32,000 nt of DNA. Origin: Mycolicibacterium smegmatis. Lineage in GTDB: Bacteria; Actinomycetota; Actinomycetes; Mycobacteriales; Mycobacteriaceae. Shown one piece after another: positions 8,858 through 21,207 of the stretch. The notes under the pieces are model-generated. The model ran no database searches. It had not been told where the DNA came from and worked only from the letters and a program-made list of their open reading frames with translations. The stretch is taken from the NCBI RefSeq assembly GCF_001457595.1, contig NZ_LN831039.1, positions 2,010,001 to 2,042,000 on the forward strand, in the 5' to 3' direction. Each line of letters starts with the position of its first letter. Positions within the stretch are counted from its first letter, which is position 1. A program made the translations under genes and the position numbers.

Positions 8858-10611
8858 AGCGCCTGCTGACGGTGTTGGTCGTCGGTCTGGTGGCCCTGGT
8901 GTCCGGTTGCGCGGGAATTCCCAGCTCGTCTTCTCCGCAGGCGATCGGCACGGTCGAACGACCGGCCCCGCCGAGCCTGCCGAAACCGACACCGGACATG
9001 GACCCGGACGTGCTGCTGCGGGAATTCCTCAAGGCCACAGCCGATCCCGCCAACCGGCATCTGGCGGCGCGGCAGTTCCTCACCGAGTCCGCGTCGAGCG
9101 CATGGGACGACGCGGGCAGCGCCCTGCTGATCGACCGCGTGGTGTTCGTCGAAACCCGCAGCACCGACCGGGTTTCGGTGAGCATGCGCGCCGACATCCT
9201 CGGATCGCTGTCGGATCTGGGTGTGTTCGAGACGGGGGAGGGGGCGCTACCCGATCCGGGGCCCATCGAACTGGTCAAGACCTCGGGTGGCTGGCGGATC
9301 GACCGGTTGCCCAACGGCGTGTTCCTGGACTGGCAGCAGTTCCAGGCCACCTACAAGCGCTACACCCTCTACTTCGTCGACCCCACCGGGACCACCGTGG
9401 TGCCCGATCCGCGCTACGTGGCGGTGTCGGATCCGGATCAGCTTGCCACCGAACTCGTCTCGAAGCTCATCGCCGGACCGCGCCCGGAGATGGAGCGCTC
9501 GGTGCGCAACCTGCTCGACCCGCCGCTGAAACTGCGCGGTCCGGTCACCCGCGCCGACGGTGGCAAGACCGGCGTCGGCCGCGGCTACGGCGGTGCGCGC
9601 ATCGACCTGGAGAACCTGTCGGCCTCCGACCCGCACAGCCGCCAACTGCTTGCCGCCCAACTCATCTGGACGCTGTCGCGCGCGGGTGTGGCAGGCCCGT
9701 ACGTGATCAACGTCGACGGCGCGCCGCTGGACGACCGGTTCGCCGACGGCTGGGAGACCTCCGACGTCGCCGCCACCGATCCGGGTGCGGCGCCGGGCGC
9801 GGCGGCGGGCCTGCACGCGCTCGTGAACGGATCGCTGGTGTCGCTCGACGGTCAGCGCGCCCCGCGCGTGCCCGGCGCCTTCGGGCAGGCGCCGCACCAG
9901 GTTTCGGCATCGGTGTCGCGCAACGGTCAGGACGCCGCGTCCGTGGTGGCGCCGCCGGGAGCCCCCGATCCGGCAGCGACGCTGTGGATCGGCCCGCTGG
10001 GCGGCAGCACCGTGCAGGCCATGGAGGGCCGCACCCTGTCGCGGCCGAGTTGGTCGCTGGACCAGGCGGTGTGGGTGGTCGCCGACGGCATCAACGTGGT
10101 GCGTGCCATCCGCGACGCGTCGGGAACCCCGGCGCGGATCCCGGTGGATTCCAGTGCGGTGAGCAGCCGCTACCCGGGACCGATCAGCGACCTGCAGCTG
10201 TCGCGTGACGGCACCCGCGCCGCGATGGTCATCGAGGGCCAGGTGATCCTCGCGGGTATCGAACAGACGCAGGACGGACGGTTCCTGCTGACCTACCCGC
10301 GCCGGTTGGGTTTCGGGCTCGGCAACTCCGCGGTGTCGCTGTCGTGGCGTACCGGTGACGACATCGTGGTGAGCCGCACCGATCCGGAGCACCCCGTGTC
10401 GTATGTGAACCTCGACGGCGTGAATTCCGACGCGCCGAGCCGCAATCTGGTGATGCCGGTGTCGGTCGTGGCGGCCAACCCGTCCACGGTGTATGTCGCC
10501 GATCAGCGTGGCGTGAAGCAACTTTCGGCCTCGGCCGACGAGGAGAACTCGGGTTGGGTCGAGGTCAGTCCGCTGATGGTGCCCGGCTCGCTTCCCGTAC
10601 TGCCCGGCTGA
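8854..10611 (+). CDS. lpqB: Lipoprotein LpqB, MtrAB-associated, 585 aa
   Basis: GTG start overlaps the mtrB stop (GTGA). Signal peptide with lipobox LVSGC. Position directly downstream of mtrB. Confidence 0.96.
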
Positions 10612-10650
10612 GACGACCCGGATGTCGGTGGCCCGGGGAACACTGCGGGC

Positions 10651-11304
10651 ATGCTCGATCTGGTCCTGCCCCTCGCGTGCGGCGGTTGTGGTGCTGCGTC
10701 GACCGGGTGGTGTCCGCGCTGCGCGGCGGAGTTGACGGTCCGCGACGACGAGCCACACCTGGTCACCCCGCGCACCGATCCGGGTGTCCCGGTGTTCGCT
10801 CTTGGCCGCTACGCTGGCGCCCGCAGACGCGCCATCGTGGCGGCCAAGGAGCACGGCCGCGCCGATCTGCTGCCGCCGCTGGCAAACGCGCTGCGCAGCG
10901 GTCTGGAGCGGCTGCTGACATGGGGCGTCGTCGTTGCTCCGGTGATCGTCGTGCCGGCTCCCACACGGCGCAGTGCGGCCCGCAGACGCGGCGGTGACCC
11001 GGTCACCCGGGTCGCGGTGGCCGCGACCGCCGCACTGCCCGGCGTCACCACGGTCCCGGCCCTGCGGACGCGCGCGTGGGTGCGGGATTCGGTGGGGCTC
11101 TCGGGTGGTGACCGCCAGCGCAACCTCGCCGGACGGATCCGCCTCACACGGGCGGGACGGCGGGCCCTCAGCGACGGCGCGGAGGGTGACCTTGTGCTGG
11201 TCGACGACGTCGTCACGACCGGGGCGACCGCGACCGAATCGGTGCGCACCCTGGCGAGATCCGGTGCCGAGGTGGCCGTGATGCTGGCCATCTCGCACGC
11301 TTGA
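10651..11304 (+). CDS. ComF-family phosphoribosyltransferase-like protein, 217 aa
   Basis: N-terminal CGGCG...CPRC zinc-like cysteines and the PRPP-binding motif LVLVDDVVTTGATATES. Confidence 0.9.
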   Translation: MLDLVLPLACGGCGAASTGWCPRCAAELTVRDDEPHLVTPRTDPGVPVFALGRYAGARRRAIVAAKEHGRADLLPPLANALRSGLERLLTWGVVVAPVIVVPAPTRRSAARRRGGDPVTRVAVAATAALPGVTTVPALRTRAWVRDSVGLSGGDRQRNLAGRIRLTRAGRRALSDGAEGDLVLVDDVVTTGATATESVRTLARSGAEVAVMLAISHA

Positions 11305-11600
11305 CGGGGGTGCTGATTGTCGGGGCGTCACACGATCATGAAGAACACGAAACCCGTAGGCGGAATCACTGGCACTAACGGGTGAACACGGCTACCGTCG
11401 GCAGCAACACCCCGTGAAGCCTCACGGCAGAGCGCCCCTACCTCGCTCCTTCGCCGTACACGGCCCGTCACATGGCAGGAGGTGAGTCACTCGACCCCTT
11501 GCGCCGGTGGGCGGAGCAAAAATTTTTGGCCCTTCGGCGCGTTTCATCGAGAGCCCGGCACGCGATGCGTGCGACGTGTGAGAGAAACGAGTTGCCAAGT

Positions 11601-12293
11601 ATGTCAAGCCATTCGATGGATTCAACCCGCACCATGGTCGTCGAAGACGACCGCGAGAGCACTGCTGGCACCACCCCGGAACGGCCCCATGCCGAGGTCG
11701 TCGTCAAGGGTCGCAACGTCGAGGTCCCCGACCATTTCCGCACCTACGTCTCAGAGAAGCTGTCGCGCCTTGAGCGATTCGACAAGACCATCTACCTCTT
11801 CGACGTCGAACTTGACCACGAACGCAACCGCCGCCAACGCAAGAACTGTCAACACGTCGAGATCACCGCGCGCGGGCGCGGCCCTGTCGTCCGGGGCGAG
11901 GCCTGCGCCGACAGCTTCTACGCCGCTTTCGAGTCGGCGGTCCAAAAGCTCGAGGGCAGACTGCGACGCGCCAAGGACCGGCGCAAGATCCACTACGGCG
12001 ACAAGACCCCCGTGTCGCTGGCCGAGGCCACCGCGAAAGACCCGCTGGCGGGCCTCGACGTGTCCAGGGAGGACGGTGAGGCGCGCTACAACGACGGCGT
12101 CGCCGAGCACGAACCCGGCCGGATCGTCCGCATCAAGGACCACCCCGCGACGCCCATGACGGTCGACGACGCGCTCTACGAGATGGAACTGGTCGGTCAC
12201 GACTTCTTCCTGTTCCACGACAAGGAGACGGACAGACCCTCGGTGGTGTACCGCCGCCACGCGTTCGACTACGGGCTGATCCGCCTGGCCTGA
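11601..12293 (+). CDS. hpf: Long-form ribosome hibernation promoting factor / mycobacterial protein Y, 230 aa
   Basis: HAEVVVKGRNVEVPDHFRTYVSEKLSRLERF...; C-terminal dimerisation-type domain AMELVGHDFFLFHDKETDRPSVVYRRHAFDYGLIRL-like. ATG at 11601 preferred over the long track ORF start at 11472. Confidence 0.93.
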   Translation: MSSHSMDSTRTMVVEDDRESTAGTTPERPHAEVVVKGRNVEVPDHFRTYVSEKLSRLERFDKTIYLFDVELDHERNRRQRKNCQHVEITARGRGPVVRGEACADSFYAAFESAVQKLEGRLRRAKDRRKIHYGDKTPVSLAEATAKDPLAGLDVSREDGEARYNDGVAEHEPGRIVRIKDHPATPMTVDDALYEMELVGHDFFLFHDKETDRPSVVYRRHAFDYGLIRLA

Positions 12294-12313
12294 CCGGCCG
12301 ACCAGCACAAACA

Positions 12314-12366
12314 GCCGACAACCCACAGTCGGCGGGATCGCACTCCGGAGGTTTCCGGAGTGCGAT
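12314..12366 (+). terminator. Tandem stem-loops downstream of hpf (terminator-like)
   Basis: GCCGAC-N8-GTCGGC (12314-12333), then ATCGCACTCCGGA-GGTT-TCCGGAGTGCGAT (12337-12366), a perfect 13-bp arm hairpin followed by TT. Confidence 0.7.
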
Positions 12367-12529
12367 TTCACGTGTGGGCCGGTTCACGCGGGCAAGCGGA
12401 GCAGGTCGGTGGCCGGTCTTTGACGGCTGACAGAGCCGGAGTGTTCCACCTGTCACCTACGATGGACTCGACTAATAGCCCGTGAGATCCCACCCACGGG
12501 GATCCATCGAAACCCACAGGGGAAATAGC

Positions 12530-15387
<2,858 letters not shown>

Positions 15388-15391
<4 letters not shown>

Positions 15392-15966
15392 CCGATCTGC
15401 AGGGCGGTGAGTTGCCAACGGCCGCTCTGCAATTCGGCGCGTGCCGCGATGGCGCGGACCCGCTGACCGCGGGTGTAAGTGGCGAATATTTCCGCGGCGG
15501 TGCCGTAGCCGGCGTCGGTGCCGCGCGTGGGCCCGGCAGCCGCGCGTAACCGCACGCGGCGCAGGTTCGCGGGGGCGCCGTGGCGCGTCTGAGACAGCGC
15601 CACCACGGAGTCGATCAACAGCGGGTTGAGCACCGCGCGCAACTGCGCCGGGGATCTGCGCCGGTCGATGACCTCCAGCACGCGGCGCAGGGCCATCGCG
15701 GCGAACTGGCCGGCACCGTCGTGCACTTGCTGCTCGACCGGTGGTGGCACCAGACGCAACGTGCGTGGCGTATGCCGGTGCAGCGCGGTGGGTGCCGGGC
15801 ACGGTGGCACCGAGGTGATGGGTTGCACCGGCGGTTCGTAGTCGATCACCGGCTCCACGACCGGTCTCGGCGCGGGGCCTGCGACCGGCAGATCGGTTGC
15901 GGGCGATGGCGCGGCTTCTGATGGGTGCACGAGAGAACTCCAGCGGTCGGCAGGACAGGACGACAT
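15388..15966 (-). CDS. Rv3235-type conserved hypothetical protein, 192 aa
   Basis: Opposite-strand ORF next to secA1 with Pro-rich N-terminus and conserved-looking C-terminal half ([34 protein letters not shown]). Its position and orientation match mycobacterial Rv3235. Confidence 0.75.
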
Positions 15967-16099
15967 CTGCTGGAGAGGTGCAGATGAATCAATGATCCCA
16001 CGACGTGACGGCCTCGGAACGCACCCGTGATGCGCGCACGCAGAATCCCCGGTTACCGTGACGGGGTTCCACGCGATCCACAGGGGAGGTTGGCGCCGA

Positions 16100-17509
16100 A
16101 TGGTGACCAGGCTGTCGGCGTCCGACGCAGCGTTCTACCGCCTCGAGAACACCTCGACACCGATGTACGTCGGGTCCCTGTCCATCCTGCGCAAACCACG
16201 CGCCGGACTGAGCTACGAGACCCTGCTGGAGACCGTCGAGAAGCGCCTGCCGCAGATCCCTCGGTACCGGCAGAAGGTGCGCGAGGTGACGCTGGGGCTG
16301 GCGCGCCCGGTGTGGATCGACGACCGTGAATTCGACATCACTTATCACATCCGGCGTTCGGCTCTGCCGTCTCCGGGCAGCGACGCCCAATTGCACGACC
16401 TGGTGGCCCGGCTCGGGTCACGGCCGCTGGACAAGACACGGCCGCTGTGGGAGATGTACCTCGTCGAGGGGCTGGCCGGGAACCGCATCGCGATCTACAC
16501 CAAGTCACATCAGGCGCTGGTGAACGGCATGTCCGCGCTCGAGGTGGGCCACGTGATCGCCGACCGGACCCAGAAACCGCCCGAGTTCGGTGAGGACATC
16601 TGGATCCCGTCGCGTGAGCCGACCGACCGCCAACTGGTGCTCGGCGCGATCGGGGAGTGGATCGCACGTCCCACCAGTCAGGTCGCGGCGCTGCGCGACA
16701 CCGTCACCGAGGTGGCCACCAACGCAGGCGAACTCGCCGCGGTGGGGCGCCGGATCGCCGACACGGTTCGCACGGTGGCGCGCGGCACGGCCCCGAGCAG
16801 TCCGCTCAACACCACGGTGTCGCGCAACCGCAGGTTCACGGTGGCCGACCACAAGCTCGACGATTACCGGCAGGTGCGGGTGCGCTACGACTGCGACATC
16901 AACGACGTGGTGCTGGCGGTGATCTCCGGGGCGCTGCGCAACTGGCTGCTCTCACGTGGCGAGCCGGTGACGCCGAGCACCACCGTGCGGGCCATGGCGC
17001 CGCTGTCGGTCTACCCCGACGAGGAACTCGATTCGCCCGGCCCTGGTCAGGCGATCAGCGAGGTCTCGCCGTTCCTCGTCGACCTGCCGGTCGGGGAGGG
17101 CAACGCCGTCGTGCGCCTGTCGCACATCACCCACGCCACCGAGTCGAACTCGTGGGCGGTCAGCCTGGTCGACGCGCGCACCATCGTGACGCTCTCGGGA
17201 TTCGCACCGCCGACATTGCACGCGATGGGAATTCGTGTGGCGACGGGGTTTTCGGCGCGCTTGTTCAATCTGTTGATCACGAATGTGCCGGGACCGCAGA
17301 AGCAGATGTACGTTGCGGGCACGAAGCTGCTGGAGACGTACGCAGTGCCGCCGCTGTTGCACAACCAGGTGCTGGCGATCGGCGTGACCTCGTACAACGG
17401 CAGGCTGTACTTCGGGATCAACGCCGATCGTGACGCCATGAGCGACGTCGACGTGTTCCGCAGCCTGCTCGACGAATCCCTGGAGGAATTGATAGACGCG
17501 GCTAAGTAA
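16100..17509 (+). CDS. WS/DGAT-family acyltransferase-like protein (Tgs3-like), 469 aa
   Basis: RLSASDAAFYRLENTSTPMYVGSLSIL N-terminus, RPLDKTRPLWEMYLVEGL, C-terminal NVPGP motif. The catalytic-site region reads SHQALVNG rather than HHxxxDG. Confidence 0.9.
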   Translation: MVTRLSASDAAFYRLENTSTPMYVGSLSILRKPRAGLSYETLLETVEKRLPQIPRYRQKVREVTLGLARPVWIDDREFDITYHIRRSALPSPGSDAQLHDLVARLGSRPLDKTRPLWEMYLVEGLAGNRIAIYTKSHQALVNGMSALEVGHVIADRTQKPPEFGEDIWIPSREPTDRQLVLGAIGEWIARPTSQVAALRDTVTEVATNAGELAAVGRRIADTVRTVARGTAPSSPLNTTVSRNRRFTVADHKLDDYRQVRVRYDCDINDVVLAVISGALRNWLLSRGEPVTPSTTVRAMAPLSVYPDEELDSPGPGQAISEVSPFLVDLPVGEGNAVVRLSHITHATESNSWAVSLVDARTIVTLSGFAPPTLHAMGIRVATGFSARLFNLLITNVPGPQKQMYVAGTKLLETYAVPPLLHNQVLAIGVTSYNGRLYFGINADRDAMSDVDVFRSLLDESLEELIDAAK

Positions 17510-17571
17510 TTTCTGGCAAACCGGCCCGGAAATTTGATTTCGTTTGCCATCCGCGCTGTGATGAATTGACC

Positions 17572-19428
17572 ATGACTGACGAGATACGAAAAGCTAAATT
17601 TGACGCGGACGAAAAAGCGGTAACGAAAACCGAAAAAGTTCTCAAATCACCCGTCGGTAGCGACGTCGTCGTCCCGCAACACCCCGTGCTCGACGTACCG
17701 GTCGAGCAGAAGGCCTACACGCGCCGCGAGGGTCTGGACCGCGTGGTGTTCGGCGTCACGGCCCTCATCGCGATCGGCTTCCTGGTCTGGGGCTTCCTCA
17801 GCACCGACTCGCTTGCCTCGGCCTCGGCCGACGCCCTGGCCTGGGTGATGAACAGCACCGGATGGCTGTTCGTGCTCACCGCGTCCGGGTTCGTGGTGTT
17901 CGTGGTGTGGCTGGCGGTCAGCCGCTACGGCAACATCCCGCTGGGCCGCGACGACGAAGAACCAGAGTTCCGCACGGTGTCGTGGGTGGCCATGATGTTC
18001 AGCGCGGGCATGGGCATCGGCCTGATGTTCTTCGGGGTGTCAGAACCGTTGTCACACTTCGTCACTCCACCGCCGGGCACCGGCGACCCGGGAGACCCGG
18101 CCGCCGCGCAGACCGCGATGGCGACCACGCTGTTCCACTGGACGCTGCACCCGTGGGCCATCTACGCGGTCGTGGGCCTGGCGATCGCCTACGGCGTGTA
18201 CCGCAAGGGCCGGCTGCAACTGGTCAGCGCCGCCTTCGAGCCGCTGCTGGGTGAGCGCGCCAACGGTCCGGCGGGCAAGGTCATCGACATGTTGGCGATC
18301 TTCGCCACACTGTTCGGGTCGGCGGCCTCGCTGGGCCTGGGCGCCCTGCAGATCCGCAGCGGCCTGCAGATCGTGTCGGGCATCGGGCAGGTCGGCAACA
18401 CCATCCTGGTGGTGATCATCACGGTGCTCACCGTCGCCTTCGTGCTGTCGGCCGTCTCGGGTGTGGCCCGCGGGATCCAGTGGTTGTCGAACATCAACAT
18501 GGTGCTCGCCTTCGTGCTGGCGTTGTTCATCTTCCTGGTGGGCCCGACGGTGTTCATGCTCAACATGATCCCCACGTCCATCGGTAGTTACGTGGAGCAG
18601 TTGGCGATGATGTCGGCCCGCACCGGGGCCGAGGGCGCCGACGTCAACGAGTGGCTGCAGTCGTGGACGATCTTCTACTGGGCCTGGTGGATCTCCTGGA
18701 CTCCCTTCGTGGGCATGTTCATCGCGCGTATCTCGCGTGGACGCACCATCCGCCAGTTCATCGCGGGCGTGCTGTTCGTGCCGAGCGTGGTGTCGCTGGT
18801 GTGGTTCTGCGTGTTCGGCGGCGCGGCCATCCACGAACAGCAGAACGGGGTCGATCTCGCGGGTGAGGGCAGCGTCGAGCAGCAGTTGTTCGGGCTGCTC
18901 GACCAGTACCCGATCGCGACGATCGCCAGCGTCGTGGTGATGCTGCTGGTGGCGATCTTCTTCGTCTCCGGCGCCGACGCCGCGTCGATCGTGATGGGCT
19001 CGCTGTCCGAACGCGGCACGATCAAACCGACGCGCCCGACGGTGATCTTTTGGGGCGTCGCCACCGGCGCGGTGGCCGCCGTGATGCTGCTGGTGGGCGG
19101 TGAGGACGCGCTCAACGGCCTGCAGACGATCACGATCATCGCGGCGCTGCCGTTCGTGGTGGTGATGGTGGGCCTGACGGTGTCGCTCATGCGGGATCTG
19201 CGTCGCGACCCGATGATCGTGCGTCGCGAGTACGCGGTCGAGGCCGTCAACTCGGCGGTGGTCCAGGGTGTCACACAGCACGGCGACGACTTCGTGATCG
19301 CCGTCGAGAAGGACCCGAACGCCGACGACGGGCATGACGACCGGGCCGACGCCGATTCCGCCGAGGTCGCCGACGAGCCCGGCGCCGAGACCAGCGACAA
19401 AACCAAAGACGTGCCCGCGGGCGGCTAA
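17572..19428 (+). CDS. BCCT-family (betaine/choline/carnitine) transporter
   Basis: About 12 hydrophobic segments; GMGIGLMFFGVSEPLSHF; WTIFYWAWWISWTPFVGMFIARISRGRTIRQF motifs typical of BetP-like transporters. Confidence 0.95.
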   Translation: MTDEIRKAKFDADEKAVTKTEKVLKSPVGSDVVVPQHPVLDVPVEQKAYTRREGLDRVVFGVTALIAIGFLVWGFLSTDSLASASADALAWVMNSTGWLFVLTASGFVVFVVWLAVSRYGNIPLGRDDEEPEFRTVSWVAMMFSAGMGIGLMFFGVSEPLSHFVTPPPGTGDPGDPAAAQTAMATTLFHWTLHPWAIYAVVGLAIAYGVYRKGRLQLVSAAFEPLLGERANGPAGKVIDMLAIFATLFGSAASLGLGALQIRSGLQIVSGIGQVGNTILVVIITVLTVAFVLSAVSGVARGIQWLSNINMVLAFVLALFIFLVGPTVFMLNMIPTSIGSYVEQLAMMSARTGAEGADVNEWLQSWTIFYWAWWISWTPFVGMFIARISRGRTIRQFIAGVLFVPSVVSLVWFCVFGGAAIHEQQNGVDLAGEGSVEQQLFGLLDQYPIATIASVVVMLLVAIFFVSGADAASIVMGSLSERGTIKPTRPTVIFWGVATGAVAAVMLLVGGEDALNGLQTITIIAALPFVVVMVGLTVSLMRDLRRDPMIVRREYAVEAVNSAVVQGVTQHGDDFVIAVEKDPNADDGHDDRADADSAEVADEPGAETSDKTKDVPAGG

Positions 19429-19437
19429 TCTCGCGGG

Positions 19438-19935
19438 GTGCGCGTATACATCCCGACGACGCTGGCCGCACTGCAGCGCCTCGTCACTGACCGGTCGCTC
19501 CTCGTCACCAACGGCACGGCGTTCGCCGTCACGCCGACCCTTCGCGAGGCGTATGCCGAGGGCGATGACGACGAACTCGCCGAGGTCGCGTTGCGCGACG
19601 CGGCCCTGGCGTCAATGCGGTTGCTGGCCACCGGCGGCGAGTCGGATCTCCCGCCTCGCCGCGCGGTGGTCGTGGCCGATGTGCCCGGCGCGCAACCGCG
19701 CCCGGATCTCGACGACGCCGTGGTTCGGTTGCCCGGGCCGGTGCCGATCGACTCGGTGATCGCGGTCTACGTGGACAACGCCGACGCCGAACCGGCCGTG
19801 CGGGCTGCCGTGGACGTCATCGACGAGGCGGATCTGGGGGACGAGGATGCTGAACTGACGGTCGGCGACGCACAGGACCACGACCTCGCGTGGTACGCGT
19901 CGCAGGAGCTCCCGTTCCTTCTTGAACTGCTCTGA
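19438..19935 (+). CDS. DUF6912-like conserved hypothetical protein (Rv3231c-like), 165 aa
   Basis: MRVYIPTTLAALQRLV...; position between the transporter and the ferredoxin-reductase gene. Confidence 0.75.
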   Translation: MRVYIPTTLAALQRLVTDRSLLVTNGTAFAVTPTLREAYAEGDDDELAEVALRDAALASMRLLATGGESDLPPRRAVVVADVPGAQPRPDLDDAVVRLPGPVPIDSVIAVYVDNADAEPAVRAAVDVIDEADLGDEDAELTVGDAQDHDLAWYASQELPFLLELL

Positions 19936-19952
19936 TATCGCGCCAGGGCTGG

Positions 19953-19986
19953 CTACGACACCGTAAGTTACGGTACCGTAGGTTGC
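19953..19986 (+). promoter_or_regulatory. Operator-like element, copy 1, abutting the GTG of the reductase gene
   Basis: CTACGACACCGTAAGTTACGGTACCGTAGGTTGC. Contains the perfect palindromes CCGTAA-G-TTACGG (19961-19973) and TACGGTACCGTA (19969-19980). 28/34 identical to the copy at 21157-21190. Confidence 0.7.
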
Positions 19987-21138
19987 GTGGCCAAGAATCA
20001 CATCAAGATCTCGGCCAATGTTGCCGATACGGTTCGTCCCACCGTGGCGGGCGCCGACGAGCGGCCCGGATGGCACGCGCTGCGCAGGCTCGCGGCGCGG
20101 ATCACCACCCCGCTGCTCCCCGATGACTACCTGCAGCTCGCCAACCCCCTGTGGTCGGCGCGGGAACTCCGGGGGCGCGTCCTGGAGGTGCGTCGGGAAA
20201 CCGAAGACTCGGCAACATTGGTGATCAAGCCCGGTTGGGGCTTCTCGTTCGACTATCAACCCGGCCAGTACATCGGCATCGGTGTCTTCCTCGACGGACG
20301 CTGGCGGTGGCGCTCGTACTCACTGACCTCAAGCCCGGTCACCGCGCATCCGAAGGGCAGGGCGCGCACCATCACGATCACCGTGAAGGCGATGCCCGAG
20401 GGCTTCCTGTCGACGCACCTGGTGGGCGGGCTGGAACCGGGCACCGTCGTGCGCCTGGCGGCCCCGCAGGGCAACTTCGTGATGCCCGATCCGGCGCCGG
20501 CGTCGGTGCTCTTCCTCACCGCAGGTTCCGGGATCACGCCGGTGATGTCGATGCTGCGCACGCTGGTCCGCCGCGATCAGATCACCGACATCGTCCACTT
20601 GCATTCCGCGCCAACCGAATCCGACGTGTTGTTCGGATCGGAGCTGACGGCCCTGCAGGGCACGCACCCGGGGTACCGGCTGCGGATCCGCAGCACACGC
20701 ACCGAGGGCAGGCTCGATCTCGAGCGCATTGCCGACGAGGTTCCCGACTGGCGTGAGCGTCAGGTTTGGGCGTGCGGTCCCGAGGGCATGCTTGCTGATG
20801 CCGAGCGCGTGTGGAAGGCCGCCGGTGTGGGCGAGAACCTGCACCTGGAGCGGTTCGCGGTCAAACGCGCCGCACCGCACGGCACGGGTGGCAACGTGAC
20901 GTTCGAGCGCACCGGCAAGACGGTGCACGCCGACGCCGCGAAATCGTTGATGGAGGCCGGCGAAGAGGTGGGTATCCGGATGCCGTTCGGTTGCCGCATG
21001 GGCATCTGCCAGTCCTGTGTGGTGGGTCTGGTCGACGGTCATGTGCGTGACCTTCGGACGGGCGTCGAACACGACGCCGGAAGCCGGATCCAGACGTGTG
21101 TTTCCGCGGCATCGGGCGACTGTGTGCTCGATGTTTAG
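19987..21138 (+). CDS. Ferredoxin reductase-type oxidoreductase with C-terminal 2Fe-2S domain (Rv3230c-like, desaturase electron-transfer partner), 383 aa
   Basis: [15 protein letters not shown] site, [38 protein letters not shown] site, C-terminal [14 protein letters not shown]...C 2Fe-2S cluster. Confidence 0.94.
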   Translation: MAKNHIKISANVADTVRPTVAGADERPGWHALRRLAARITTPLLPDDYLQLANPLWSARELRGRVLEVRRETEDSATLVIKPGWGFSFDYQPGQYIGIGVFLDGRWRWRSYSLTSSPVTAHPKGRARTITITVKAMPEGFLSTHLVGGLEPGTVVRLAAPQGNFVMPDPAPASVLFLTAGSGITPVMSMLRTLVRRDQITDIVHLHSAPTESDVLFGSELTALQGTHPGYRLRIRSTRTEGRLDLERIADEVPDWRERQVWACGPEGMLADAERVWKAAGVGENLHLERFAVKRAAPHGTGGNVTFERTGKTVHADAAKSLMEAGEEVGIRMPFGCRMGICQSCVVGLVDGHVRDLRTGVEHDAGSRIQTCVSAASGDCVLDV

Positions 21139-21151
21139 ACTTTACTGCTTG

Positions 21152-21190
21152 GTAACCTACGAAGCCGTAGGTTACGGTAGCGTAGGTAGA
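21152..21190 (+). promoter_or_regulatory. Operator-like element, copy 2, upstream of desA3
   Basis: GTAACCTACG-AAGC-CGTAGGTTAC is a perfect 10-bp inverted repeat (21152-21175), followed by GGTAGCGTAGGT. Its core, 21157-21190, matches copy 1 at 28/34 positions. Confidence 0.75.
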
Positions 21191-21207
21191 CGAAAGGAGG
21201 GTTGCCA

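Noticed and set aside
8907-10208. 433-aa plus-strand ORF inside lpqB
   Set aside because: Out-of-frame overlap of lpqB with Arg/Gly-rich shadow sequence.
9247-11331. 694-aa minus-strand ORF opposite lpqB and the comF-like gene
   Set aside because: Spans two well-supported plus-strand genes; Arg/His/Gly-rich composition typical of antisense ORFs in high-GC DNA.
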